This document shows positions 41,641 to 51,699 of a stretch of DNA of 64,000 nt, piece after piece. The notes beneath the pieces were generated by a model that did not search any database, was not told where the DNA came from, and saw only the letters and a list, made by a program, of their open reading frames with translations. The DNA comes from an uncultured Bacilli bacterium (lineage in GTDB: Bacteria; Bacillota_I; Bacilli_A; RF39; UBA660): contig CALVZA010000002.1 in NCBI GenBank assembly GCA_944372415.1, positions 8,358 to 72,357 on the forward strand. The letters are read 5' to 3'. The first letter of the stretch is position 1, and each line of letters begins with the position of its first letter. The translations under genes and the position numbers were made by a program.

Positions 41641-42220
41641 TAATTTATTCTTTTTTTTAGCATATATTTTATTGGGTGATATAGTGGCTAAGAAATATAT
41701 TAAGAACCTTTTATCAAGATGTTTAGTATGTGTTATATTATTTTTGTTAATCTCTATAATGTGTAATTTTAGTGATAAGAATTTATTATGGTTTAAAAAT
41801 AATGTATATAATAATAATATCAATTTTACTTTTTTTAATAAGATATATAAAAAATATATAGATAAATATTTGCCATTTGATATGTATGAAGAAAAAATTG
41901 TTATGAGTGATGGTTTAGTTTACAATAATAAGGAAAAATACTTAAATGGTGTTTCTTTAAATGTTGGAAATAATTATAATATGAATTCTTTATGTGGTGG
42001 AATAGTTGTTTATATTGGAGAAAAGGAAGGGTTAGGGAATACTGTTATTATACAAGGAACAGATGGAGTAGATTACTGGTATTCTAATTTAGATAATTTA
42101 AGTGTTAATTTATATGATTATATAGAAAAAGATGTATTAATAGGTGTTAGTAAAGGAGAAAATATTTATTTAACTTTTGTAAAGAATGGTGAGTATATAG
42201 ATTATGAAGAATTTATTTAA
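41633..42220 (+). CDS. SpoIVFA-like membrane protein with degenerate M23/LytM domain
   Basis: N-terminal TM; C-terminal LytM-like beta domain (GVSLNVGNNY...VIIQGTDGVDYWYSNL); overlaps spoIVFB start. Confidence 0.5.
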   Translation: MNNNLFFFLAYILLGDIVAKKYIKNLLSRCLVCVILFLLISIMCNFSDKNLLWFKNNVYNNNINFTFFNKIYKKYIDKYLPFDMYEEKIVMSDGLVYNNKEKYLNGVSLNVGNNYNMNSLCGGIVVYIGEKEGLGNTVIIQGTDGVDYWYSNLDNLSVNLYDYIEKDVLIGVSKGENIYLTFVKNGEYIDYEEFI

Positions 42221-42947
42221 AATAAATATATTTACTTATCTTTTTTTATTATTATCTATGTTATCAGGTTATTTTAGAGAAATTATAATAGTTTATTTTA
42301 TTCTTTTTTTTCATGAATTAGGGCATTTTTTTTTGATGAAATTTTATAAAATAAATGTCAATAAAATTACTTTTTATCCTTATGGAGGAATGATAGATAG
42401 CAATATGTTAATTAATACTAATTCTAAAAAAGTTTTAATTATTAGTTTAGGTGGTATTATTATGCAATTAATTTTATATTTAGTAGTGTTTATGTTTTAT
42501 AAATTTAATTTAATAAATAGTTATTATTATTTAATGTTTATTAAATATAATTTTTATATATTAATATTTAATTTAATACCATTATATCCTTTAGACGGTT
42601 TTAAGATTTTTAATAGTTTCTTTGAATTATTTTTACCTTTTAGAGTAAGTTTAAGAATTAGTTTTATATTGAATATTATTTTTTTAATTATGTTTATGTA
42701 TTATTTATATGTTTTTAATATTAATAATTATGCTATTGTTATATTTTTATTAATTAGTTTAATTAATTATATAAAAGATATTAAGTTTATTATTAATAAG
42801 TTTTATTTGGAAAGGGTTATTTATGATTTAAAATATAACGGATTAATAAGTGTTAAATATAAGAAAGATATGTATAAGAATAAGTATAATTATATTAATG
42901 GGGTTAAAGAGAGAGAGTTTTTAGAAAATGGGTTAAAAATGGTTTGA
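42204..42947 (+). CDS. spoIVFB: site-2 protease SpoIVFB-like (M50 family)
   Basis: HELGHFF HExxH motif in a TM; NLIPLYPLDG LDG motif; located upstream of rplU-prp-rpmA as in Bacillus. Confidence 0.75.
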   Translation: MKNLFKINIFTYLFLLLSMLSGYFREIIIVYFILFFHELGHFFLMKFYKINVNKITFYPYGGMIDSNMLINTNSKKVLIISLGGIIMQLILYLVVFMFYKFNLINSYYYLMFIKYNFYILIFNLIPLYPLDGFKIFNSFFELFLPFRVSLRISFILNIIFLIMFMYYLYVFNINNYAIVIFLLISLINYIKDIKFIINKFYLERVIYDLKYNGLISVKYKKDMYKNKYNYINGVKEREFLENGLKMV

Positions 42948-43078
42948 CATCGAGTATATAATTTGGTAATATACTTATGTTTGTAAGTGTTCTTATAAAC
43001 CGCATTGAATAGGTTTAAGTTACTTTATGTACACCTTAAGAGCGTGTCTTCAAAAAAATATAAGGAGGTTAGAGAATA

Positions 43079-43378
43079 ATGAAAGCTATATTCGTTACTG
43101 GTGGTAAACAATATTATGTTTCAGAAGGTGATACTATTTTTGTTGAAAAATTAAATGTTGAACCTGGTGAAACTGTTGAATTTACTGATGTATTAATGGT
43201 TGGAGAAACTGTCGGTACTCCAAATGTAGATGGTGCAAAAGTTGTTTGTACTGCATTAAAAAATGGTAAATCAAAAAAAATAGTTGTATTTAAATATCAT
43301 CCTAAGAAAAAGTATCGTAAAACTCAAGGTCATAGACAACCATATACTAAATTAGAAGTTAAAAAAATAGTTGGTTAA
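43079..43378 (+). CDS. rplU: 50S ribosomal protein L21
   Basis: [18 protein letters not shown]...[15 protein letters not shown]. Confidence 0.95.
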   Translation: MKAIFVTGGKQYYVSEGDTIFVEKLNVEPGETVEFTDVLMVGETVGTPNVDGAKVVCTALKNGKSKKIVVFKYHPKKKYRKTQGHRQPYTKLEVKKIVG

Positions 43379-43381
43379 TAA

Positions 43382-43678
43382 ATGATTAAAGTTTTAAAAA
43401 GAGGTAATATATTTACTATAAGTGGGCATGCTGATTATGCTAATTATGGACAAGATATTGTTTGTGCTAGTGTAAGTAGTGTTGTTATGACTATTGTAAA
43501 TTGTATTATGAATATAGATAAAACATCTATTGAATATATTGATGATAGTAGATCTATAGTTATAAAGAAAATAAATGATAATGATATTGTTGATATTTTG
43601 TTAAATACAATGTTAGAAATTTTAAAAGATTTAGAAAATCAATATAAAGAAAATATTAAAGTTGAGAGTGAGGAATGA
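43382..43678 (+). CDS. prp: ribosomal-processing cysteine protease Prp
   Basis: GHADYA...VCASVS catalytic His/Cys dyad between rplU and rpmA. Confidence 0.85.
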   Translation: MIKVLKRGNIFTISGHADYANYGQDIVCASVSSVVMTIVNCIMNIDKTSIEYIDDSRSIVIKKINDNDIVDILLNTMLEILKDLENQYKENIKVESEE

Positions 43679-43968
43679 AAATGTTATTTATAAGTTTAAA
43701 CATTCAACGTTTTGCTCATGTTAAGGCACAAGGTTCAACACATAATGGACGTGACAGTGAAGGTAGAAGATTAGGCGCTAAAGCAAGCGACGGTCAAACT
43801 GTTAATTCTGGTTCTATTATATATAGACAAAGAGGAACTAGAATTTATCCTGGAAAAAACGTTGGTATGGGTAAAGATCATACATTATTCGCATTAGTTG
43901 CTGGTGTAGTTAGATATGAAAGATGCGGAAGAGATAAGAAAAAAGTAAGTGTTTATGAAACAAAATAA
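43675..43968 (+). CDS. rpmA: 50S ribosomal protein L27 with Prp-cleaved N-terminal extension
   Basis: [21 protein letters not shown] core preceded by [13 protein letters not shown] propeptide. Confidence 0.95.
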   Translation: MKMLFISLNIQRFAHVKAQGSTHNGRDSEGRRLGAKASDGQTVNSGSIIYRQRGTRIYPGKNVGMGKDHTLFALVAGVVRYERCGRDKKKVSVYETK

Positions 43969-43971
43969 AAT

Positions 43972-43995
43972 GTCATCTCTAGATGATATTTTTTA
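43972..43995 (+). terminator. rho-independent terminator
   Basis: TCATCTctAGATGA hairpin followed by TATTTTTT. Confidence 0.55.
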
Positions 43996-44047
43996 ATGCT
44001 ATAGACTTTATATATAAAATCTAGTAAAATATTTACGAGGTGTTAAT

Positions 44048-44686
44048 ATGCGTTATAACGTTGTTAAGAATGCTAATAAGATTGTTGAAAGTAGTTCTTA
44101 TTTAATAAAGGAACCAACTAAGTATAAAAATAAATGGAAAGATGTATTTGGAAATAATAATCTCATATGTTTAGAATTAGGTATGGGTAGAGGTAGTTTT
44201 ATTATAGAAATGGCTATTAAGCACCCTAATATAAATTATATTGGCTTAGAATTAGATGTTAATCAAACTGCCACTGCACTTAAAAATATTGGTAATAAAG
44301 AGATAAGTAATTTAAAAATTATATGTGCTGATGCAAGTGAAATTATAAATTTTTTTGGTAAAGAAATAGATACTATTTATTTAACTTTTTCTGAACCTTG
44401 GCCAAAAAAACAAGATGAAAAGAAAAGATTTACTTCTATAAATTATCTTAAACTTTATGATAGAATTTATAAAAAGAATAAACATATAATTTTAAAAACT
44501 GATAATAAAATATTATTTCAGTCATCTATTGAAAGTTTAAGTAATTATTGGTATACATTTGATAAAATAAGTTTAGATTTGCACAATGACGAAAGAAAAA
44601 TTGAAAATATTATGACTGATTTTGAACGTCAATATTATAAAGAACATAGGCAGATTTATTACGTTGATGCGTATTTTAAAGACTAA
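44048..44686 (+). CDS. trmB: tRNA (guanine46-N7)-methyltransferase
   Basis: ELGMGRGSF SAM motif; FSEPWPKKQ. Confidence 0.8.
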   Translation: MRYNVVKNANKIVESSSYLIKEPTKYKNKWKDVFGNNNLICLELGMGRGSFIIEMAIKHPNINYIGLELDVNQTATALKNIGNKEISNLKIICADASEIINFFGKEIDTIYLTFSEPWPKKQDEKKRFTSINYLKLYDRIYKKNKHIILKTDNKILFQSSIESLSNYWYTFDKISLDLHNDERKIENIMTDFERQYYKEHRQIYYVDAYFKD

Positions 44687-44759
44687 AATTAAGTATTTAT
44701 ATGGGTTAAATACTTTTTTTTATAGGTAAGTTATGATAAAATTGGTGTAAGGTGATAAT

Positions 44760-45431
44760 ATGGGAAGATGTGAATTTTTAAATCATTCTATTATAGCCTT
44801 TAGAGGTATATATAATAATATTACAATAGTTGAAAATACTATCGATTCTATTATGTATGCTGTAAAAAATAATTTGTGTGTTTTGATAGATGTTAGAATA
44901 ACTTTAGATAATGAACTTATAGTTTTTCATGATCAAGATGCTAGTAGATTATTAAAACTTAAAGACGATATAAATACTTTAACTAAAGAAGAGTTAGATT
45001 ATATTAGTGATTTTAATATTCCTACTTTAGATATGGTTTTAAATAAAGTTGATGGTAAAGTACCTATTGTTATTAATATTTGTGAAGATAATAAAATTAT
45101 TAGAAATAAATTAGTTTCTATATTATGTAATTATAAGGGAAAATTTGTTATAGAAAGTTTTATTTATGATGCAATTAAGTTTTATAAAAAGAAGAATTTT
45201 ATTGTTGGTTTAATGATAAGTGATACTTTGAATATGAGTTATTTGAATAGGAATATAGATGTTGATTTTTTATCTATTCAATATGATATATTAGATAAAT
45301 TAAAAGTGAATATCTTAAAAGAAATGTATTATCTTATTGGTTGGACTATACAAAATCGTAGTGATGCTGAAAAATATATAAAGATATATGATAATTTAAT
45401 AATTGATAATATAGAGGAGGTTTTTAGATGA
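44760..45431 (+). CDS. glycerophosphodiester phosphodiesterase-family protein
   Basis: IAFRG...VENT...IDVRITLDNELIVFHD GDPD motifs. Confidence 0.65.
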   Translation: MGRCEFLNHSIIAFRGIYNNITIVENTIDSIMYAVKNNLCVLIDVRITLDNELIVFHDQDASRLLKLKDDINTLTKEELDYISDFNIPTLDMVLNKVDGKVPIVINICEDNKIIRNKLVSILCNYKGKFVIESFIYDAIKFYKKKNFIVGLMISDTLNMSYLNRNIDVDFLSIQYDILDKLKVNILKEMYYLIGWTIQNRSDAEKYIKIYDNLIIDNIEEVFR

Positions 45432-45967
45432 TTAAAACTTTTACTGGTCCTATGTTTAGTGGTAAAACTACTCAATTATTATCTACTTATTTTAATATGT
45501 GGAATAAAAGTAATATATTATGTTTTAAACCTAAGATGAATACTAGAGATAATGGTATAAAATCTAAAAATATTAAAGAAAATGTAGAAGCAATAGAAAT
45601 AGAAGATTTAAGTGATATATTAAAGTATATAAAAAATAATACTAGAACTATTTTTTTAGATGAAGGTAATTTTTTAAAAGGTGATGTTGAAGTGTTAACT
45701 AATTTAAGTATCAATAATAATATAGATATTTATATAAGTGGTTTAAATATGACTAGTGAACAAAAACCTTTTGGTATTATGCCTGATATTCTTGCTGTAA
45801 GTGATTATATTGAAGTATGTAAGAGTTATTGTTCTGTTTGTAATAGACCTGCTAGTTATACGTATTTTGAAGGTGAAAAAAATAATGATATTGTTGTAGG
45901 TGATAATGGATATATTTCTTTATGTGAAGATTGTTTAAGAAAAAGGAGAAAAATTGATAATGAGTAG
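45428..45967 (+). CDS. tdk: thymidine kinase
   Basis: GPMFSGKTT P-loop; C-terminal CxxC...CxxC zinc ribbon. Confidence 0.85.
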   Translation: MIKTFTGPMFSGKTTQLLSTYFNMWNKSNILCFKPKMNTRDNGIKSKNIKENVEAIEIEDLSDILKYIKNNTRTIFLDEGNFLKGDVEVLTNLSINNNIDIYISGLNMTSEQKPFGIMPDILAVSDYIEVCKSYCSVCNRPASYTYFEGEKNNDIVVGDNGYISLCEDCLRKRRKIDNE

Positions 45968-46640
45968 AGGTAAATTAATTGTTATTGAAGGTACTGACTG
46001 TAGTGGAAAAGAAACTCAAGCTAAAATGTTAATGGAAAAGTTAAAAAAAGATGGAGTAAAGATAGAAGAGAGGGCTTTTCCTATGTATCATACGCCTACT
46101 GGAAAGATAATAGGTGCTAGTTTATTAGGAAAACCTGCTATGGGAGAAAGTGTTTTTGGAGAAAACGCTTCTAAATTAAATCCTAAAGTGGCTGCTTTAT
46201 ATTATGCTGCGGACAGGTTATATAATATAGATAGTATTAATGAATTATTAGATTCAGGAATAAATGTTATTTTAGATAGATATGTTGAAAGTAATATGGG
46301 ACATCAAGCTGGTAAATTGAGTAATAAATTAGAAAAAATAGATATGATGAATTGGTTAGAAAAATTAGAATATGAACTATTAGAATTACCTAGACCTGAT
46401 TTAGTTATATTTTTATATATGCCATATCAGTATACTATACAACTAAGAAATATGCGAGGAGAACTAGCAGATGAAGTTGAGAAGGATATTGATTATTTAC
46501 ATAATGCAGAAGAAGCATATAGTTTAATGGCTGAACGTTATAATTATGATGTAGTATATTGCGTGAAGGATGATAAAATAAGAAGTATAGAAGATATAAA
46601 TAATGAAGTTTATAATATAGTTAAAGATAAGTTAATATAA
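45954..46640 (+). CDS. tmk: thymidylate kinase-like
   Basis: IVIEGTDCSGKETQ P-loop; DRY motif. Confidence 0.7.
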   Translation: MIMSRGKLIVIEGTDCSGKETQAKMLMEKLKKDGVKIEERAFPMYHTPTGKIIGASLLGKPAMGESVFGENASKLNPKVAALYYAADRLYNIDSINELLDSGINVILDRYVESNMGHQAGKLSNKLEKIDMMNWLEKLEYELLELPRPDLVIFLYMPYQYTIQLRNMRGELADEVEKDIDYLHNAEEAYSLMAERYNYDVVYCVKDDKIRSIEDINNEVYNIVKDKLI

Positions 46641-46688
46641 TTTTGACTTATTCTTTTTTTTAAACTATTATATTATTGGTGAATATTT

Positions 46689-47369
46689 ATGAATTATGTT
46701 TTAGTAACTGGTGGAGCACAAGGTTTAGGTTGTGAAATTGTAAAAAAATATGCAAGTAAAGGATATAATGTTATTATTGGTTATTTAACTAATTATGATA
46801 AAGCAGTTAAATTGTGTAAAGATATGAACAGTAAATATAATGTTAATTGTATTGTAAAAAAGATAGATATTACTTGTGAAGAAAATGTTAAAAATACATT
46901 TGAAGAATTTAATATAGATATTTTAATTAATAATGCATCTATTTCTATAGATAATTATATAGAAGATAAAACATTTGAAGAATTTATGAAAGTGTTTGAA
47001 GTTAATATTGGTGGAACGTTTTTAATGTGTAAGTATGCTAACAATGTTAAAACTATAATTAATATTAGTAGTAAAGATGGTATAGATACATATAATCCTA
47101 TAAGTTTAGATTATTCTGCTAGTAAATCTGCTATAATTAATTTTAGTCAAAATTTAAGTTTATATTATAATGATAAAAAAATATATGTTGTATGTCCTGG
47201 ATGGATAGATACAGAAAGTGTTAAAAATATGAATCCTAAATATTTAAAAGATGAAATGATTAGAGTAAAACAAAATAAATTAATAAGTAAAGAATCTGTT
47301 GCTAACATTATATATGAATTAAGTATTAGTAGTGAAGAAAGTGGGAAAGTGGTAATTATAAATGAATAA
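46689..47369 (+). CDS. short-chain dehydrogenase/reductase
   Basis: TGGAQGLG; NNAS; YSASK. Confidence 0.75.
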   Translation: MNYVLVTGGAQGLGCEIVKKYASKGYNVIIGYLTNYDKAVKLCKDMNSKYNVNCIVKKIDITCEENVKNTFEEFNIDILINNASISIDNYIEDKTFEEFMKVFEVNIGGTFLMCKYANNVKTIINISSKDGIDTYNPISLDYSASKSAIINFSQNLSLYYNDKKIYVVCPGWIDTESVKNMNPKYLKDEMIRVKQNKLISKESVANIIYELSISSEESGKVVIINE

Positions 47370-48594
47370 AGAAGATATATCAAAATTAATAAATAATTGT
47401 GAAAAAAAATTAACAAATGAATTTTCTAAGATAGATAAAATATGTGAGGTAAATACTTTTAGAATTTTAAATTCTTTTAAGAAAAATGAAGTAAGTGAAA
47501 TACATTTTAATATGACAACAGGATATGGTTATAATGATATAGGTAGAGATGTAATAGAAAAAATATACGCTGATATTTTTAATGCAGAAAGTGCTTTAGT
47601 TAGAAATCAATTTATAAGTGCTTCTCATGCACTTAATGTTTCTTTATTTGCAAGTTTAAGACCAGGAGATACTATGTTAAGTATAACTGGAACTTTATAT
47701 GATACTTTACATGAAGTTATAGGTTTAAAAGATAATAAAAGTAGTTTAAAAAGTTTTGGTATAAGTTATGAACAAATAGATTTAGTTGATAATGATTTTG
47801 ATTATGATGAAATAGAAAGAAAATTAAATAATAAATTTTATAAATTAGTTCATATTCAAAGAAGTAAAGGATATAGTACTAGGAAGAGTATTGATATAAA
47901 AAAAGTGGAAAAAGTCATTAAATTAATAAAATCTATAAATAAAGATATTATTATATTAGTAGATAATTGTTATTGTGAATTAGTTAGTACTATTGAGCCA
48001 AGTCATATTGGTGCTGATCTAGTAGTTGGTTCTTTAATAAAAAATCTTGGTGCTGGTATAGCAAATAATGGTGCTTATATTGTTGGAAAAAAAGAATTAA
48101 TTGAACTTTGTGGTGAAAGATTAACTTTACCTGGAGAAGGATTAGAAGTTGGTCCTAGTTTAGGTGCAAATAAAGAATTTTTAAAAGCTTTATTTTTTGC
48201 TCCAAACGTTGTTGCTAGTAGTTTAAAAGTAGCAGTTTTAACTAGTAAAGTAATGAGTGAGTTAGGATATGATGTAGAGCCAAAATATAACGAAGATAGG
48301 GTGGATATAGTTCAAAATATAATATTTAATGATAAAAATTTGTTAATTAAATATTGTCAAGGAATACAAAGTGGAAGTCCTATTGATTCTATGGCTTTAC
48401 CGATTCCTTCTGATATGCCTGGATATGATGATCAAATTATTATGGCTAGTGGTTCTTTTACACAGGGTAGTAGTATTGAAATTAGTTGTGATGGTCCTTT
48501 AAGAAGTCCTTATATTGCATATCAACAAGGTGGTTTAACATATGAAAGTGGTAAATATGCTTTAATGAATGCTATTGAATATTTGGTAAAATAG
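47362..48594 (+). CDS. YnbB/aluminium-resistance-family PLP-dependent Cys/Met-metabolism enzyme
   Basis: methionine gamma-lyase-like fold pattern; family assignment from memory. Confidence 0.6.
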   Translation: MNKEDISKLINNCEKKLTNEFSKIDKICEVNTFRILNSFKKNEVSEIHFNMTTGYGYNDIGRDVIEKIYADIFNAESALVRNQFISASHALNVSLFASLRPGDTMLSITGTLYDTLHEVIGLKDNKSSLKSFGISYEQIDLVDNDFDYDEIERKLNNKFYKLVHIQRSKGYSTRKSIDIKKVEKVIKLIKSINKDIIILVDNCYCELVSTIEPSHIGADLVVGSLIKNLGAGIANNGAYIVGKKELIELCGERLTLPGEGLEVGPSLGANKEFLKALFFAPNVVASSLKVAVLTSKVMSELGYDVEPKYNEDRVDIVQNIIFNDKNLLIKYCQGIQSGSPIDSMALPIPSDMPGYDDQIIMASGSFTQGSSIEISCDGPLRSPYIAYQQGGLTYESGKYALMNAIEYLVK

Positions 48595-48699
48595 TATAAA
48601 TAACCACTAAAATTTTTGACTAAGAATTGTCTAGGATATAGAAAAATGTTATAATAACGATATAAAATTTAATTGAAAAAATATTTAATATTGAGACCA

Positions 48700-50400
48700 A
48701 CTATAATGTGTCAATAAAAAATTGAAACATTTTTGAAATATATATGAAATAGTAAATGTTGGCACGACGAAAAGACCGAACGTCGATAATTTTTTAAAAA
48801 ATTCGGTCAAAATACGAAAATTAAATTTATTCCAATTTTCTTTTGACAAGCAGAAATATTTTTAATATTTTATAGTCGTTTAAGTAATTATTATTTTCAA
48901 AAATGAAAATAATAATTACTTAACTCCAATAAGGTAAAAAATATTTCTTTACTTGTAAAAAGTTTTCTCGGCATAAAGTTAATTTTCTAATTGTTCTTTG
49001 AATTCAACATTTTCTTTAAGCATATGAAATATAACTCTAGTAAGTTTATGGGCAACGTGACAAACAACATTATTATGAGATTTACCTTGAGAAAGTTTTC
49101 TGTTATAATATCTGTTATAAGTTTCTGAATTCCAAATTATTAATCCAGAAGCTCGAAGCATTGCATAACGTAGAAGTTTAGAACCTCGTTTTGACATTTT
49201 AATGATTGTAGCATTAAAATTACCGGATTGTTTAACAGATGGATCTAAACCTTCAAATGCAAGTAATTTAGTAGGACTAGCAAATTTGCCTATGTTGCCA
49301 ATCTCACTTAAAATGATAGCGCCTAAGGTATAGGAAATACCTGGGATAGTTAAAATAACAGAGTTTAACTCATCCATTATTTCTTTGATTTTAAAATCAA
49401 TATCCTTAATTTGACTATCAAGTAATTCAATTTGTTTAAGAGAATGTTTGATTTGAATTGAAAGTGAGGAGTTGTTGACACCAATAGAAGATTTTGCTAA
49501 TTCTTTTAATTTACGGGCTTTTTCTAAGGAAAAATGACCTTTAGAAGCTTTAGATAAAAGACTAGAAATTGCATCAACCTTTGTAGAAGCAATGTCTTTT
49601 GGATTAGGATATTTAGAAAGTAAAGCATAACAACTTTTTAAATGAATAGAATTAAAAATTAAAGTTAATTCTGGAAAAAGTTGATCAACAAAACAGACTA
49701 AACGAACTTTTAATTTAGTACGATATTTAAGAACATCATCTCTATGTCTACATAAACTTCTAAGTTCTAAAATTTTTATATCTTTGGCAACAAAGGGAGT
49801 ATAATGTTTTAACATTAGTGATTGAATAATTAAATAAGTATCAATTTTATCAGTCTTTGTCTTTCTAATATTACTATTTCTCAAAGCATCAGTTTGAATG
49901 GGATTAATGATACCAATATTGAAACCATTATTATGGAGAAATTGAATTAAATTATCACCATAGTGACCAGTAGATTCCATTCCTACTAGACAATCTGAGA
50001 TATTAATATTATTTACTTTTACTTTGTCCATAAAAAAGTTGAAACCTTTAAGTGAGTTTTTAACTAAAAATGCTTCTTCAATTATTTCACCATTTGAATC
50101 TGCAATAGATGCATAATGATTTTCTTTAGCTATATCAAAACCAATATAGTACATAAAATTAACTCCAATCTAAAAAGAATTTTTGACAACTGTGTTCCAC
50201 GTGGTTTTATTTCTTGTAACCTTGTTGGAGATAAAAAGTCTAGGCCTTATCCAACTTATAACCAATTAAAAATAAAACTGTGGCATTAGTCTCAATTAGA
50301 ATAGTCTAAGCTATAAGGTGAGCAGAAAAGTCCACAGTGTCGGAACATATTATATCAGAAATTTAAAAAATAAAAGAAAGGATATAATACATTCAGTCCT
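48700..50400 (-). mobile_element. IS110-family insertion sequence (ends approximate)
   Basis: IS110 transposase ORF flanked by locally GC-richer structured ends (GACCGAA...TTCGGTC at 48766-48800; 18-bp perfect palindrome at 48889-48928; CCACGTGG/CCACAGTG region at 50190-50340). Confidence 0.55.
48979..50154 (-). CDS. IS110-family transposase (DEDD type)
   Basis: N-terminal YIGFDIAKENHYASI DEDD_Tnp_IS110 domain and C-terminal Transposase_20 domain (GIGYTLGAIILSEIG). Confidence 0.85.
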   Translation of the reverse strand: MYYIGFDIAKENHYASIADSNGEIIEEAFLVKNSLKGFNFFMDKVKVNNINISDCLVGMESTGHYGDNLIQFLHNNGFNIGIINPIQTDALRNSNIRKTKTDKIDTYLIIQSLMLKHYTPFVAKDIKILELRSLCRHRDDVLKYRTKLKVRLVCFVDQLFPELTLIFNSIHLKSCYALLSKYPNPKDIASTKVDAISSLLSKASKGHFSLEKARKLKELAKSSIGVNNSSLSIQIKHSLKQIELLDSQIKDIDFKIKEIMDELNSVILTIPGISYTLGAIILSEIGNIGKFASPTKLLAFEGLDPSVKQSGNFNATIIKMSKRGSKLLRYAMLRASGLIIWNSETYNRYYNRKLSQGKSHNNVVCHVAHKLTRVIFHMLKENVEFKEQLEN

Positions 50401-50429
50401 TTAAATAAGAACTGATTATATTATACAAG

Positions 50430-50978
50430 GTGTTCTTAATGAATGATATTGATAAAAAAAGTTTAGAAAAAGCTAAAAAGTTATTTTCAAGTAATGAAAT
50501 AAATAATATTGAAGTAGGAACTGTAAAAGGTTTACAACAAATTCATAAATATTTGTTTGATGGTTTATATAATTTTGCTGGAGTTATTAGAAAAGAAAAT
50601 ATTTCAAAAGGTAATTTTAGATTTGCAAATTCTTTATATTTAGAGGATATATTAAAGAAAATAGAAACAATGAGTGAAGAAACATTTGATAATATTATTG
50701 ATAAATATGTAGAAATGAATATAGCACACCCATTTTTGGAAGGAAATGGTAGGAGTACAAGAATTTGGTTTGATTTAATCTTGAAGAAAAATTTAAATAA
50801 AATTGTTAATTGGAAAAATATAGATAAAAAATTATATCTTCAAGCAATGGAAAGAAGTCCTGTTAATACATTAGAAATTAAAACTTTAATTGAAAATAAT
50901 TTAACTGATGATTTTAGTTTAGAAAACTTTTTTAAAGGAATAGAAACATCATATTATTATGAAACTGATGAATATTAG
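50430..50978 (+). CDS. Fic/Doc-family protein
   Basis: canonical Fic motif [12 protein letters not shown]; 182 aa; no clear (S/T)xxxE(G/N) inhibitory motif. Confidence 0.8.
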   Translation: MFLMNDIDKKSLEKAKKLFSSNEINNIEVGTVKGLQQIHKYLFDGLYNFAGVIRKENISKGNFRFANSLYLEDILKKIETMSEETFDNIIDKYVEMNIAHPFLEGNGRSTRIWFDLILKKNLNKIVNWKNIDKKLYLQAMERSPVNTLEIKTLIENNLTDDFSLENFFKGIETSYYYETDEY

Positions 50979-51118
50979 TGATTATTGCTATTTAGCAAAA
51001 ATACTTGCATAAATATTAATTAATGTGTATAATATCAATTGTAAAAGTTATTACATGGATTTGATTTGCTCCGAATTATATCTATGTTATAACGGTTAAT
51101 AGAAATAAGGAGGATAAA

Positions 51119-51388
51119 ATGGCAATTAGTAAAGAAAGAAAAGCTGAATTAGTTAAAAAGTTTGGTAAAACTGAACAAGATACTGGTTCATGTAAAGTTC
51201 AAATAGCTATACTAACTGATGAAATAAATGATTTAACTGAACATTTAAAAGTTCATAAACATGATTTTCATTCTAAACGTGGTTTACTTATGAAAGTTGG
51301 TAAAAGACGTAGTTTATTAGATTATTTAAAAAGAACAGATGTAGTTAGTTATAGAGAACTAATTAAAGAATTGAATATTAGAAAGTAG
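51119..51388 (+). CDS. rpsO: 30S ribosomal protein S15
   Basis: [16 protein letters not shown]...[16 protein letters not shown]. Confidence 0.95.
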   Translation: MAISKERKAELVKKFGKTEQDTGSCKVQIAILTDEINDLTEHLKVHKHDFHSKRGLLMKVGKRRSLLDYLKRTDVVSYRELIKELNIRK

Positions 51389-51399
51389 GCACTTTGTTT

Positions 51400-51428
51400 T
51401 TAGTGTCTTTTTTTATTTTTAGGGGAGA
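51400..51428 (+). terminator. rho-independent terminator after rpsO
   Basis: GGCACTttgtttttAGTGTC hairpin followed by T7. Confidence 0.5.
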
Positions 51429-51435
51429 TGTTTTT

Positions 51436-51675
51436 ATGAAATTAGATAATATATATGTTGAAATTTTAGAAAATGGTGAAAAAAGATTATTTTTAAAAAA
51501 ATATAAAGTTTTTTATTCTTCATTGGGAGATGTAAATTATTCTGTTTTTATTGACTTAGATACAAAAGAAGAAATTAATAAATTAAATACTAATAATTTA
51601 ATTTCTGTAAAAAAATTTTTAAATTTAAGCAATAATAGAATGTCTAAAAGAAAAATAAAAAAACTTATAAAATAA
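51436..51675 (+). CDS. small basic hypothetical protein between rpsO and pnp
   Basis: start moved to ATG 51436 (RBS AGGGGAG); the ORF-track start at 51394 lies inside the rpsO terminator. Confidence 0.3.
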   Translation: MKLDNIYVEILENGEKRLFLKKYKVFYSSLGDVNYSVFIDLDTKEEINKLNTNNLISVKKFLNLSNNRMSKRKIKKLIK

Positions 51676-51699
51676 AATTTATTAATAAAGGAGAAGTAT

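Noticed and set aside
42948-43078. L21 leader cis-regulatory RNA upstream of rplU
   Set aside because: It is plausible by position, but I cannot verify the conserved structure by eye.
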